A stretch of DNA of 64,000 nt from Mobula hypostoma (Eukaryota). Position numbers and translations under genes: made by a program. The notes beneath the pieces were generated by a model that was given only the letters and a program-made list of their open reading frames with translations, ran no database searches and had not been told where the DNA came from. This document shows positions 1-12,729 of the stretch, piece by piece. Position 1 is the stretch's first letter, and every line of letters begins with the position of its first letter. Location of the stretch: assembly GCF_963921235.1 (NCBI RefSeq), contig NC_086097.1:103356001-103420000 (forward strand), read 5' to 3'.

Positions 1-745
1 CTAGAGGAATAGAGTATAGCAGCCGGGATGTGATGTTGAGGCTCTATAAGGCACTGGTGAGACTTCACTTGGAGTACTGTGGGCAGTTTTGGTCTCCTTA
101 TTAAAGAAAGGATGTGCTGACGTTGGAGAGGGTACAGAGAAGATTCAGTAGAATGATTCCGGGAATGAGAGGGTTAACATATGAGGAACGTTTGTCCGCT
201 CTTGGACTGTATTCCTTGGAGTTTAGAAGAATGAGGGGAGACGTCATGGAAACATTTCGAATGTTGAAAGGCATGGACAGAGTGGATGTGGCAAAGTTGT
301 TTCCCATGATGGGGGAGTCTAGTACGAGAGGGCATGACTTAAGGATTGAAGGGCGCCCATTCAGAACAGAAATGCAAAGAAATTTTTTTAGTCAGAGGGT
401 GGTGAATCTATGGAATTTGTTGCCACGGGCAGCAGTGGAGGCCAAGTCATTGGGTGTCTTTAAGGCAGAGATTGATAGGTATCTGAGTGTCCGTTTAAAA
501 CAGATATGGAAAAATTTCTATAGCCAGCGGGTGGTGAATTTGTGGAATTTACTACCACAGCCAGCTGTGGAGGCCAGGTCATTAGGTGTATTTAAGGCAG
601 AGCTCAATAGGTTCTTTATTGGACACTGCTTCAAAGGTTCTGGGGAGAAGGCCATGGAGTGGGGCTGAGGAGGGTAAGAAATGACGGAGCAGACTTGATG
701 GGGCCAAATGGCCTAATGCTTCTTCTATGTGTTATGGTCTTACAA
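1..745 (+). mobile_element. CR1-clade (HER1-like) LINE 3' fragment with two consecutive 3' ends
   Basis: ORF 114-668 encodes the CR1 ORF2 C-terminus (YEERL..LGLYSLE.RR.RGD). The motif NFxSQRVVNLWNLLP occurs twice. Confidence 0.9.
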
Positions 746-911
746 CTTCTGCTCAGCAAATCTATGATAATTTTTATAGCCTCCTTAACGAAACTTGTAC
801 TTTATTCCTCAGAATCAATTCTAGCAATTAGCCAAGTACCATTGGCCTATAATTGATATATTCTCTCTTATCTTCGACAGCAGAGTGTTAATTGTCCTCC
901 AACTGTCAGCT

Positions 912-2737
912 GCTGAGTGTGTGTTCATGGTCTTCTGCCATAAGGTTCAGTGTATTGTGCATTCAGAGATGCTCTTCTCCACACCATTATTACAATTCAT
1001 AGTTATTTGAGTTATTGTTGTCTTCCTGTCAGCTTGAACTAGTCTGGCCATTCTCCTCTGACCTCCTTCATTAGTAAGGGGCTTTCACCCACAAATGTCG
1101 CTCATTGTCTGTATTTTGTTTCTCACACAACTCTGTGTGTGAACTCTAGAGACTGTTGTGAGTGAAAATCCCTGAAGATCAGCAGTTTCTGAGATTCTCA
1201 ACCCAGCCCTTCTGACACCAAAAAAAACATTTCACAGTTGAAGTTACTTAGATCACATTTCTTCCCCATTCTGATGTTTGGTTTGAATGACAACTGAACC
1301 TCTTGACCATGTCGAATCACAAACCAGAGAAAATCTGAAGATGCTAGAAATGTAAGCAACACACGCAAAATGCTGGAGTAACTCAGCAGGCCAGGCAGCA
1401 TCGATGGAAAAGAGTATGGTTGATGTTTCAGGCTGAGACCCTTCATCGGGACAGGAGAAAGACAGGGAATCAGAGTTAGAAGGTGGGTGTGAGGGGAGGA
1501 AGAAACACAAGGTGATAGGTGAAATCAGGAGGATGGGGGAGGGATGAAGTAAAGAGCTGGGAATGTGATTGGTGCAAGAGATACAGGGCTGCAGCAGGAG
1601 AATCTGATGGGGGAGTACATAAAGTCATGGAAGAAAGAAAAGAGGAAGGAGCGCCAGAGGGAGTTGATGGACAGGGAAGGAAATGAGAGAGGGAGAAGGG
1701 ATTGGGGAATGCTGAAGGGGGGTGAGGGTGGCATTACTAGAAGTTTGAGAAATTGATGCTCATGCTATCAGGTTGGAGACTACCCTCCCCCCATCCCTTG
1801 CTTTATGCTTTCCGCAGGGTTGCGCCCTATGCGACTCCCTTTTCCAGTCATCTTGCCCCAGTATTCTCCCTCGTGATGCTACACCTGCCTCTACATCTCC
1901 TTGCTCGTTACCATTCAGGGCTCCAAACAGGCCTTTCAGGTGAGGTGACACTTCACCTGTGAGTCTTTTGGGGTCATCTACTGTATCTGGTGCTCCTGGT
2001 GTGGCCTCCTGTATATCAGTGAGACCCGAGATAGATTGGGAGATCGCTTCGCTAAGCACCTCAGCTCCATCTGGCAGAAAAAGTGGGATCTCTCAGTGGC
2101 CACCCATTTTAATTCCACTTTCCATGCCCATTCTGACAGTCCATGGCCTCCTCTACTGTCACGATGAGGCCACACTCAGATTGGAGCAACAGCACCATCT
2201 CTATTTCGTCTGAATAGCCTCTAACCCGATGGCATGAACATTGATTTCTTGAACTTCTAGTGATGCCCCCCCCCACATCATTCCCCACTCCCTTTTCCCT
2301 CTCTCACCTTATCTCCCTACTTGCCCATCAACTCCCTCTGGTGCTCTTCCCCATTTTCTTTCTTCCATGGCTTTCTGTCCTCTCCAATCAGATTCCCCCT
2401 TCTTCAGCCCTGTATCTCTCTCACCAATCAACTTCTCAGCTCTTTACTTCACCCCCCTACACCCTCCCTTCTTCCTTCCTTCCCCCCACCTTCTAAGTCT
2501 GTCTCAATATCTTTCGTTCTCCAGTCCTGATTAAGGGTCTCAGCCCGAAACATCAACTGTACTATTTTTCATAGATGCTGCCTTGACTGCTGAGTTCCTC
2601 CAGCATTTTGTGTGTGTGTGTCTCTTGACCATGCCTGCATGCTTTTATGCATGGTTTGCAACCACATGGTTGGCTGATTAGATATTTGCATTAACAAGCA
2701 AGCATACAGGTGAACCACACAAAGTGGCCACTGAATG
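912..2737 (-). mobile_element. Degenerate Tc1-like DNA transposon remnant, split by a Penelope insertion
   Basis: Right end AAAGTGGCCACTGAATG|TA resembles a CACTCAGTGGCCACTTT-type Tc1 TIR plus TA. Remnant N-terminal transposase text (IRMGKKCDLSNF) on the - strand near 1240-1300. Left boundary approximate. Confidence 0.6.
1312..2621. mobile_element. Penelope-like element with inverted pseudo-LTR arrangement
   Basis: 12-bp TSD CTCTTGACCATG at 1300-1311 and 2622-2633. A minus-strand terminal repeat (about 1320-1780) abuts a plus-strand body with a GIY-YIG remnant and a terminal repeat. Confidence 0.85.
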
Positions 2738-3798
2738 TATTTTCTATGCTTTCTGTTTCATTAAACTGTTGACCTCATCCTGAGGAATGAGGTAGGTGAA
2801 GTGGCAGAAGTGCCAGTTAGCAAGCATTTAAGTCCAGTGACCATAATTCTATTAGTTTTAAAATGGTTATGACTGATACACAGGTTAAGGTTCTGAACTG
2901 GGGCAAAGCAAATTTTGGAGCCATTGAACAGCGGTTGATTGGGCAAGATTGCTTGTAGGGCAGAGTGTTTGTCAAGTGGAAGGCTTTTGAAGGTGTGATG
3001 TCAAGAGTTCAGGGCTTCATGTTCCTGTTGGGGTGAAGGGCAAGGCTGGCAGGCTTGGGGCACCCTCGGTGATGAAAGATATATTGCAGCTCTGATTAAG
3101 AGAAAGAGGGAGACGTACAATATGCAGAAGCAAATGGGAACTATTGAATCTTCTGATAGCTACAAGAAGTATAAGAATGCACTCGAGAGAAGTTAGGAGG
3201 GCAAAAAGAGGATATTGGTTCAGCAGGGAAGGTGAAACAAATCCCGAGAGATTATGTAGGTATTTTAAGAGTAAAAGGGTGGTTAGGGAGAGAATAGGTC
3301 CTCTTAAAGGTCAGCAAGGTCATCTGTGTGTGGAACCCAAAGGAAATGCCTGAAACTTAAGGAATATTTCTCTTTAGCTTTTACCATGGAAAAAAGTGAT
3401 GAAAGTTAAGGATATACAGTGCTTATAAAAAGTATTTGCCCCCCCCTTGGAAGCTTTCATGTTTTATTGTTTTACAACATTGAATCACAGTGGATTTAAT
3501 TTGTGTCAAAGTGAAAACAGATCTCTACAAAGTTAATTGCAAATATAAAGCACAAAATAATTGATTGCATAATTATCCATCTCCTTCAAGTCAGTATTTA
3601 GTAGATGCACCTTTGGTAGTAATTACAGCCTTGAGTCTGTGTGGATATCAGTTTTGCACACCTGGGCTCTGCAATTTTTCCCTATTCTTCTGTACAAAAC
3701 TGCTCAAACTGTCAGATTGCATGGGCGTCGTGAATGAACAGCCCTTTTAAGTCCAGCCACAAATTCTCAATTGGTTTGAGGTCTGGTCTCTGACATGG

Positions 3799-4305
3799 CT
3801 ACTTCAGGACATAAACTTTGTTGTTCTTAAGCCATTCCTGTGTATCTTTGGCTTGGGGCCATGGTCTTGCTGGAAAGCAAATCTTCTCCCAAGTCGCATT
3901 CATTTTACCCTCTACCTCCACAAGTCTTTTAGTGAAGCATCCCCACAGCATGATGCAGCCACCACCATGCTTCACACTTGTGTTTTTGATGATGTGCGGT
4001 GTTTGGCTTACACCAAACATAGTGTTTAGTCTAATGGCCATAAAGTTCAGTTTTGGTTTCATCAGACCATAGAACATTCTTCCAGCTGACTTCAGAAACC
4101 CTACACATGCCTTCTGGCAAACTATAGCTGAGATTTCATGTGAGTTTTTTTTCAACAGTGGCTTTCTCTTTGCCACTCTCCCATAAAGCTGCAACTGGTG
4201 AAGCACCCAGGCCACAGTTGTTGTATGTGCAGTCTCTCCCATCTCAGCCATTGAAGCTTGTAACTTCTCCAGAGTTGACATAGCTCTTTTGGTGGCCTTC
4301 CTCAC
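3799..4305 (-). pseudogene. Tc1 transposase remnant (frameshifted and internally deleted)
   Basis: Motifs LYGRVAKRKPLL and VKHGGGCIMLWGCF are typical of Tc1 DD34E transposases. Confidence 0.9.
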
Positions 4306-4446
4306 TTGTTTCCCTTCTTGTACTCAGTTTTTGAGGACAGCCGGCTCTAGGCAGATTTACAGCTGTGCCATATTCTTTCCATTTCTTGACAATTAACTTA
4401 ACTGTACTCCAAGGGATATTCAGTGACTTGGAAATTTTCTTGTATC

Positions 4447-5150
4447 CATCCTACCACCAAATACACCTCCCTCCTTCCGCCCTCCCCCACCACTTTCTGC
4501 TTTTCACTGGGATCATTCCCTATGCGACTCCCTTGCCAATTCCTCCCTTCCCACTGATCTCCTTCCTGGCACTTAACCTTGCAAGTGGAACAAGTGCTAC
4601 ACCTGCCTCTTCTCCTCCTTCCTCACTGCCCTTCTGGTCCCCAAACAGTCCTTCTAGGTGAGGTGATGCTTCACCTGTGAGTCTGTTGGGGTCATATACT
4701 GTGTCCGGTGCTCCCAGTGTGGCCTCCTCTATGTTGGTGAGACCCGACATAAGATTTGGAGACTGTTTCACCAAGTACCTATGCTCTATCCACTGGAAAA
4801 AGTGGGATCTCCCAATGGTCAGCCATTTTAGTTCTCTCACCTAATCTCCTTGCCTGCCCATCTCTGGTACTCCTCCACCCTTTTCTTTCTTCCAGGGCTT
4901 TCTGTTCTCTCCTATTAGATTTCACCTTCTGCAGCCCTGTATCCCTTTCACCTATCAACTTCCCAGCTCTTTACTTCACCCCTCACCCTCCCAGTTTCAG
5001 CTATCACCTTGTGTTTCTCCCTTCCCTCCCCCCACCTCTTAACTCTACTCCTTACCTTTCTTTTCTCCTGTCCTACTGAAATGTCAACTGTACTCTTTTC
5101 CAGAGATGCAGCCTGGCCTGCTGAGTTCCTCCAGCATTTTCAGTGTGTTT
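4447..5150 (+). mobile_element. Penelope-like 3' fragment nested inside the Tc1
   Basis: GIY-YIG-type coding remnant (FTCESVGVIYCVRCSQCGLLYVGET) plus the GATGCAGCCTGGCCTGCTGAGTTCCTCCAGCAT terminus. Confidence 0.85.
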
Positions 5151-6599
5151 ATCTTTATGTGGAGTTGCTTGGAGTGTTTTTCTGTGTTCTTGGTGTGGTT
5201 TTTGCCAGGATACTGACTCAGCAGCAGTTGGACCTTCCAGATACAGGTGTATTTTCACAACAATCAATTAAAACACTGACTAGATGTGGTGATGTCCATT
5301 TAACTAGTTATGGGACTTTTAAAATCAGTTGGCTGCACCAGTGATAATTTGGTGTGTCATATTAAAGGGGATGAATGCTCATGTAGTCAATTATTTTGTG
5401 GTTTATATTTGTAATTAATTTAGATCACTTTGTAGAGAGCTGTTTACACTTGGATACGACAGAATCTTTTTCTGTTGATCAGTGTCAAAAAAAGCCAAAT
5501 TATATCCAGTATGATTGAATGTTGCAAAACAATAAACCATGAAATCTCCCAAGGGGGTGAATGCTTTTTATCAGCAGTGTAAATCCTGTTACCTTGGGCC
5601 ATATAGGAATTTGCAGGGAGAAGGTATTTAAGGCCTTAAGGGGTATTAAAATAATTCTCCATGCCTGATCTGATGCATTCTCTAGAGAAGAAATTGCAGA
5701 GGCCCCTGCAGAAATGTTTACTTAATCTCTGGCCACAGATGAGATTCCCAAGAACAAGAGAGTGGCTAATGTGGTACCTTTGAGAAGGGTAGCGAAAACA
5801 AGCCAGGAAATTTATAGCCAGTTGGTTTGACATTGGTGGTGGGTGAATTGCTGGAGGAAATTCTAAGGTATAGATCTACCAACATTTGGAGAAACCAAGT
5901 GTGATTCAGGACAGTCAGCATGACTTCGTGCGTTGGAAGTCCTGCCTAATAAATCTCTTGGACTTCTTCAAGGAGGTAACCAAGAGAGTGTTTTAATGCA
6001 GAGCAGTGGATCTTGTCTTTGTGGACTTTTGCAAAGCCTTTGTCAGGGAGCCTCATGGCAAGCAGGTTTGGAAAGTGAGATCGCATGGGATCCTGTTGGA
6101 GATGACAGATTGGAATCAAAATTGGCTCAGGAAACAGGTGATGGTTCAGGGTTGAGTCGTAGTGGAGGACGGTGTCTGATGGTGTGCCACTGGGTTTGAT
6201 TCTGGGACATTTGTTGTCTGTAGTTCAAATAAAGATTTAGATTTTTTGTGGATTACACTAAAATAGGTGGTGCAGATAGTGTAGAAGGTTCTGTAAAATT
6301 AGAAGGAGATCTTGACCAGCTGTGGCAGAGGATTGGCAAAAGGCTTTCAGTACAGGTAAGTATGAGGTATTGCATTTTGAGAGGTCAAACCAAGGTAGGA
6401 TTTACGCAATGAATGGGGAGTGTTATGGAACAATGAGGAACTAGGAGTGCAGGTGCATAGTTTGCAGAAGGTAGTGTCTCAGGCTGGTGAAAAAATCATT
6501 TGGCACTCTGGCCTTCATCAGTCAGGGCATGGAGTATAGGAATTGGAGCATTGTGATGCAATCATATAAGAGAAAGAGATAAAGGTTGCTTGAGGGCAA

Positions 6600-6857
6600 T
6601 GAGTAGAAAGACATGAAATACTGGAGCAGTTCAGCAGGTCAGGCAACACCTATAGAAGGAAATAAATAGCCAACATAGGCTAAGATCCTTCATCTACACT
6701 GGTAAGGAAGGGGCTGAAGCCAGCATAAAAAGGTGGAGGGGCATTAATACAAACTGCCAGGTGATAGGTTGAGTTCAGTTGAGAAGGAAGGTCATTTGGT
6801 GGAGGAGGGAATGATGTAGGAAGCTAAGAGGTTATGCATGGAAGAGGTAAAGGTCCA
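6600..6857 (-). mobile_element. Degenerate Penelope-like terminal repeat, continued at about 11395-11470 after a CR1 insertion
   Basis: Similar by eye to the reverse complement of the other Penelope termini in the window. Confidence 0.6.
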
Positions 6858-7505
6858 AAAGACTATAAGAAAAAGCAGAATTAGGCCATTCAGCCCTTCG
6901 AGTCTGCTCCAACATTCTATCATGGCTGATCCTGGATCCCACTCAACCCCTTGCACCTGCCTTCTTGTCATATCCTTTGATGCTCTGACCGGTCATAAAG
7001 CAATCAACTTACACCTCTAATATACCCACGGACTTGGCCTCAGCCACAGACTGTGGCAGAATATTCCACAGATTCACTATTCTCTGGCTAAAAAAATTCA
7101 TCCTTACCTCTGTTCTTAAAAAGTCGCCCCTCAATTTTGAGGCTGTGCCCTCTAGTTCTGGATACCTCCACCAGAGGAAATATCCTCTCCACATCCACCG
7201 TGTCCAGTCCTTTCAACATTTAGTAGGTTTCAATGAGACCCCCCCCCCCCACCCCACACACACACACATTCTTTGAAATTCTAGTGAGTACAGGCCAAAG
7301 CTGCCAAATGCTCTTCATATGTTAAGCCCTTCATTCCCGGAATCATCCTCATGAACCTCCTCTGTATTCTCTTCAATGACAACACATCTTTTCTGAGAAA
7401 TGGGGCCCAAAACTGTTGACAGTGTGGCTTGGCTAGTGTCTTATAAAACCTTAGCATTAGTTCCTTGTTTTTATATCTTTTCCACTTGAAATAAATGCCA
7501 ACATT

Positions 7506-7616
7506 CTGAAACGTCGACTGCACCTCTTCCTACAGATGCTGCCTGGCCTGCTGTGTTCACCAGCAACTTTGATGTGTGTTGCTTGAATTTCCAGCATCTG
7601 CAGAATTCCTGTTGGT
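7506..7616 (+). mobile_element. Penelope-like mini-insert (extreme terminus only)
   Basis: Starts CTGAAACGTCGAC. Flanked by TGCCAACATT (7496-7505) and TGCCAACGTT (7617-7626), a probable TSD. Confidence 0.8.
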
Positions 7617-10411
7617 TGCCAACGTTACATTTTCCTTCTTTACCACAGACTCAACCTGTGAATTAACCTTCTGGGAGTCTTGCACAAGGACTCCGAAGTC
7701 CCTTTGCACCTCTGATGTTTGAATCTCCTTCCATTTGAATAATAGTCCACACTATCGTTCCTTTTACCAAAATGCATGATCGTACGTTTCCCAACACTGT
7801 ATTCCACCTGCTTTTTTGGCCATTTTTCGAATTTGTCCAAGTCCTGCTGCAATTGCATTGCTTCCACAGCACTACCTACGCCTCCACCAATCTTTGTATC
7901 ATCCACAAACTTTGCCACAAAGCTATCAATTCCAATATCTAAATCATTGACAAACAGTGTGAAAAGCAATACTGATCTGAGGAACATCACTAGTCACTGG
8001 CAACCGACCAGAAAAGGCCCCATTTATTCCAACTCACCACCTCCTGCCTGTCAGCCATTCCTTTATCCACGCCAGTGTCTTTCCTGTAACACCATAGGAT
8101 TTTATCTTGTTAAGCAGTCTCATGTGATGCACCTTATCAAATGTCTTTTGAAAATCCAGGTAAATGACATCCACTGCCTCTCCTTTATTCACCCTGCTGG
8201 TCACTTCCTCAAAGAACTCTAAGAGATTTGTCAGGCAAGATTTCCCTTTACAGAAACCCTGCTGACTTTGACTTATTTTATCAGTAGTCTCCAAGTACCG
8301 CAAAACCTTGTCCTACGTAACAGACTCCAACACTTTCCCAACCACTGAGGTTAGGCTAACTAGCCTCTAATTTCCTTTTTATTTTGCCTTCCTCCTTTCT
8401 TAAAGAGTGTAGTGACATTTCCTAGTCCTCTGGGACCATGCCAGGATCAAGTGATTCTTGAAAGATCATGACCAATGCATCCATTATCTCTATCAGGACT
8501 CTGGAATGTAGTCCATCTGGTCCAGGTGAATTATCCACCTTAAGACCTTTGAGTTTGCCTAGCATTTTTTCTAATGGCACTCATTCCTGCTCCCTGACAC
8601 TCATGGACCTCTGGCACACTGTTAGTGTCTTCCACAATGAAGACAGATGCAAAGCACCCATTAAGTTCATCTGCCATTTGTTTTTGTTCCCCATTACTAC
8701 CTGATCAGCTACATTTTCCACTGGTCCAATACCAACTCTCTCCTCCCTTTTACATTTTATATAACACAAAAACTTTTAGTATCCTGCTTTATATTATTGG
8801 CTAGTCTGCCCTCATATTTCATACTTTCCCTTCTTATAGCTTTTTTAGTTGCCTTTTGTTGGATTTTAAAAGTTTACCAATCATCCAACTTCCCACTCAC
8901 TTTTGCTACCTAATATGCAGTTTCCTTGGCTTTTATGCAGTCCTTAACTTCCTTTGTAAGCCATGGTTGCCTATCCCTGCCCGATTGAAAACTTCTTGCT
9001 TAGTGGGACATATCTATCCTTTGCCTTGTGAACTATTCCCAGATACTTAAGTCATCTCTGCTCTGTCGTCTTCTCTGCCAATATCCTCCTCCAAACCACC
9101 CTGGGCAAGCTCCTCTCTCATCCCTCTCTAATTCCCTTTATTCCACTGTGATATTGATATGTGTCACTTGTGCTTCTCCCTCTCAAATTGTAGTATGAAT
9201 TCAATCATAATTTGATCACTGCCTCCAAAGGATTCCTTTGCGTTAATCTCCAGAATAAGATCTGGGTTATTACACAACACCCAATCTAAGACGGCCATTC
9301 CCCGAGCTGGCTCAAGCACAAGCTGCTCTAAAAAGCCATCTCGTAGGCATTCAACAAATTCCCTCTCTTGCAATCCGACGCCAACCCGATTTTCCAATCC
9401 CCTTGCATATTGAAGTCCCCCATTGCAATTGTGTCATTACCCTTATTACGTGCCTTTTCCAGCTGCCTTTGCAATCTCAACCCCACATCTTGACTACTAT
9501 TTGGAGGCCTATGTATGATTCTCATAATATTTTTTTTTCCCTTACAGTTTCTTAACTCCACCCACAAAGATTCAACATTCTCTGACCCTATGTCACCTCT
9601 TTCTAAATATGTAATTCTGTCGCTTACCAACAGAGCCACATCACTGTCAATGCCTTCCTGCCTGTCCTTTCCTTTGATGTTAAGCCCCCACCTATGGTCG
9701 TCTTTCAGCCATGACCCGGTGATGCCCACAACATTGTACCGACCAATCTCTAATTGTGCTGCAAATTCATCCACCTTATTCCGAATGCTACACGCATTTA
9801 AATACAGCACCTTCAGTACTGCATTCTTCACCCTTTTGAACTTTGCCTCTGTGGTACAATTTAACTCTTTGCTCTGTCTGCTTTTGTACCCAATCATTGG
9901 CTTGTCCTTCCTTACATTCATGTTACACCCATCATCTACTTGTAAACCTGCTGGCTCATCCGCAGCTCTATCGTATTGTTTCCCATCCCCTGCAATACTA
10001 GTTTAAACCACTCCCAACAGCTCTAGTAAATCTGCCCACAAGAATATTGGTCCCCCTCGGATTCAAGTACAACCTGTCCCTTTTGTACAGGTCCCACCTG
10101 CCCCAGAAGGGGTCCAGAAATCTGAATCCCTCCCCCCCCCACCGCTCCACTTCTTCAGTCATGCATTTATCTGCCACCTCATTCTATTCCTATCTTCACT
10201 GTTGCGTGGCACAAGCAACAATCCTGAGATTACTACCTTTAAGGTCCTGCTTCTCAGTTTCCTTCCTAACTCCCTGTATTTTGTCTTCAGGACTTCCTCC
10301 CTTTTTCTACCTATGTCGTTGGTGCCAATATGTACTACTGGCTGCTCATCTTTTTTCAGGATACCATGAACGTATTGAGAAACATTGTGGATCCTAGCAC
10401 CTGGGAAGCAA

Positions 10412-10811
10412 ACCCCACCTCCTCCTCGTACCCCATCTGTTATTTATATACACACATTCTTTCTCTCACTCTCCTTTTTCTCCCTCTGTCCCTCTGACTA
10501 TACCCCTTGCCGATGCTCTGGGTTTTTTCCCCCTCCCCCTTTTCCTTCTCCCTGGGCCTCCTGTCCCATGATCCTCTCATATCCCTTTTGCCAATCACCT
10601 GTCCAGCTCTTGGCTCCATCCCTCCCCCTCCTGTCTTCTCCTATCATTTTGGATCTCCCCCTCCCCCTCTCCCTCCCACTTTTAAATCTCTTACTAGCTC
10701 TTTCTTCAGTTAGCCCTGACGAAGGGTCTCGGCCTGAAACGTCGACTGTACCTCTTCCTAGAGATGCTGCCTGGCCTGCTGCGTTCACCAGCAACTTTGA
10801 TGTGTGTTGCT
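10412..10811 (+). mobile_element. Young Penelope-like terminal repeat inserted in CR1 ORF1
   Basis: Highly similar to 32170-32565. The host CR1 sequence resumes on both sides. Confidence 0.85.
10712..10748 (+). ncRNA. Minimal type I hammerhead-ribozyme motif (Penelope-associated)
   Basis: AGCC-CUGACGA-AGGGUCUCGGCCU-GAAA-C-GUC|GACUG: intact core, stem II, palindromic ACGU in place of helix III, and a GUC triplet. Stem I has one mismatch. Confidence 0.7.
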
Positions 10812-11504
10812 TAAACTACCATCCATGTTTCTTTTCAAGTCCACGAAATTGCCTATATGTCCCTCAGACTATAGAGTTCCCTATTACTGCTGCCATCCTC
10901 TTCAGTTCCCTACCCTTCTGAGCCGCAGGGCCAAACTCAATGCCAGAGGCCCAGTCGCTGTTGCTTCCTATTTTCCCAGGTATGTCCCCCCCACCCTCAA
11001 CAGAACTCAATATGGAGTACTTATTGTTGAGGGGGATAGCTTCAGAGGTGCTCTCCACTACCTGACATTCTCCTTTCCCTCTTCTGCCAGTCACCCATTT
11101 ATCTGTATCCTGTAGCCTTGGGATAACTAACTCGTGTAGCTTCTGTCTATCATCTCTTCATTTTCCCTAACAAGCCGAAGGTCATCAAGCTACAGCTCCA
11201 CTTCCCTAACCTGGTCTGTAAAGAGCTGCATCTGGATGCACCTGGTGCAGATGTGGCCATTGGGGAGGCTGGGAGTCTCCTGGAAATACCACATCTGACA
11301 CCCAGAACAGAATACTGGCTCTGTAGACATACCTCCTATTCTCTCAAGATTTAATTAAGAAATAAAGAATGAGCTTTCCTACTTACCTTGCCTCCGAAGA
11401 AGGAATCTGATAGGAGAGGAATGTTGATCGTGGAATAAAGGGAAGGAGATGGAGAAGGTAGGGGAAAGAATGTCGCAAAATTCTTTTATTTTTATTATTT
11501 TTAT

Positions 11505-11720
11505 TTGGAGATATAGCGCTGTAACAGGCCTAATAAGCCTGTGCCGCCCAGTTACACCTTTGTGACCAATTAACTTGGTAACCCATGCATCTGTGGAATG
11601 TGGGAGTAAATTGTGATCCAGAGTAAACCAGTGCAGTTATAGGGTGAGTACAGAGTCCTTACAGTCAGCGGTAGAATTGAACCCAGGGTCTTGGCTCTGT
11701 TATAGCGTTGCGCTATCTGT
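11505..11720 (-). mobile_element. tRNA-derived V-SINE/HE1-like SINE (degenerate)
   Basis: Minus-strand B-box-like GGGTTCAATTC followed by a V-domain-like body. Family assignment is from memory. Confidence 0.6.
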
Positions 11721-12653
11721 GTAATTTGTTGCTAATGTTGTGAAGTTTGGTTGTTGTTTAGTCTGACCTACTGGGGGAAAGGGGGAGAGGGATGACAGAA
11801 ACAAATGGCTAGTCATGCTACAAACAGAAAGAAAGAGTGATTTTTTTCCAGAGTTGGAGAATTCAATGTTGTGTCCTGTTGGCTGCAATGTCTCCAGAAG
11901 AAAAATCAGCTGCTGTTTCTCGAGCTTCCTTGTTGTAATGGTTCAGGATTCCACAAACTGAGAGGTTAGAGTGTGATTTGAAGCGAGCAGATATTTTAAA
12001 GGATATTGAATAAATGGTTCATTTAAAATCAGATAGCTATGTGCTGTGTAGATTTTCCTCATTTTCTGCCTGGACCTGTGGTAAATCTCAAATATTGCTG
12101 TGATATACAGGAATGCAGAAGATACATGGGTCAGATGGCTATGATTCCTAGTTCCACAATGTAAGTTTCATTTGTATCTCCCTTGGGAAGAATAGAATAG
12201 GTTGGATTTGATAAGGATTTTGCTGTGAAGTCAGGAATCTGATTGATTTGCCACTTGTAGGGAAACTCAGTTTTAAATTAGCCCTCCTCTTACTGCAGGC
12301 TGTCCCTTCCGTTCCTGCTGTTGTGGGCAAGTAGAAGCAGTTGGTCATGATTGACATTATCTTGTTGCAGAGTAGATCCCGACAGCAACCCCCTATCTTC
12401 GAGCAAGAAAATTTTCCTTATTATTTCCAGAACCATTAACAAGGTGATGACCTTCACTACATCTGCAGAAGTTGCCTCCCAAGAACAATTTCTATTAAAT
12501 ACTTTAAGGCCAAATGAAGTATAATGGGTTATACTGAATGAAATGAGAAATGTAGGCAAAGAGATGTTGAAACCATTAGCTGGATAATTGCTGATAACTT
12601 GATAGCTTTATACCCTGATCATTGGAATTGTTTGGCATTTTGATTTATTCCAG

Positions 12654-12729
12654 AAACATGATGATCAATCTAAGCATAGCGTGTAACCACAGTCACTTCG
12701 CACGATTATTTCAGAAACAACTGATAAGA
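12654..12729 (+). CDS. CDAN1: Codanin-1 internal coding exon A (76 nt, phase 2 to 0): (R)NMMINLSIACNHSHFARLFQKQLIR
   Basis: Acceptor ttattccag and donor AGA|gtaagt. Peptide resembles the recalled human codanin-1 segment [25 protein letters not shown]. Joins exon B in frame. Confidence 0.9.

Larger units (their letters stand above)
3417..5579 (-). mobile_element. Tc1/mariner DNA transposon (decayed) with long TIRs and TA TSD
   Basis: Left end TA|CAGTGCTTATAAAAAGTATTTGCCCCCC is matched by the inverted right end GGGGGTGAATGCTTTTTATCAGCAGTG|TA. The TIR similarity extends about 85 bp. Confidence 0.9.
2960..6570 (+). mobile_element. Old degraded CR1 LINE ORF2 fragment interrupted by a Tc1 element
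   Basis: YFKSKRVVRERIGPLK lies before the Tc1. QHxF..GxSCL and FVDYTKIGG remnants lie after it. Confidence 0.75.
6860..11395 (-). mobile_element. Near full-length decayed CR1 LINE (ORF1 remnant, APE endonuclease, RT, 3' tail)
   Basis: Fragmented minus-strand ORFs: LKVLYLNACSIRNK (endonuclease), QQGFCKGKSCLTNLLEFFE and YLDFQKTFDKV, AKFVDDTKIGG (RT). ORF1 remnant IPLNNKYSIL...VIGNSIV. Confidence 0.9.

Noticed and set aside
10385..10921. Pro/Ser/Leu-rich ORFs here and at 32167-32565
   Set aside because: Translations of the pyrimidine-rich Penelope terminal repeat, not protein-coding genes.
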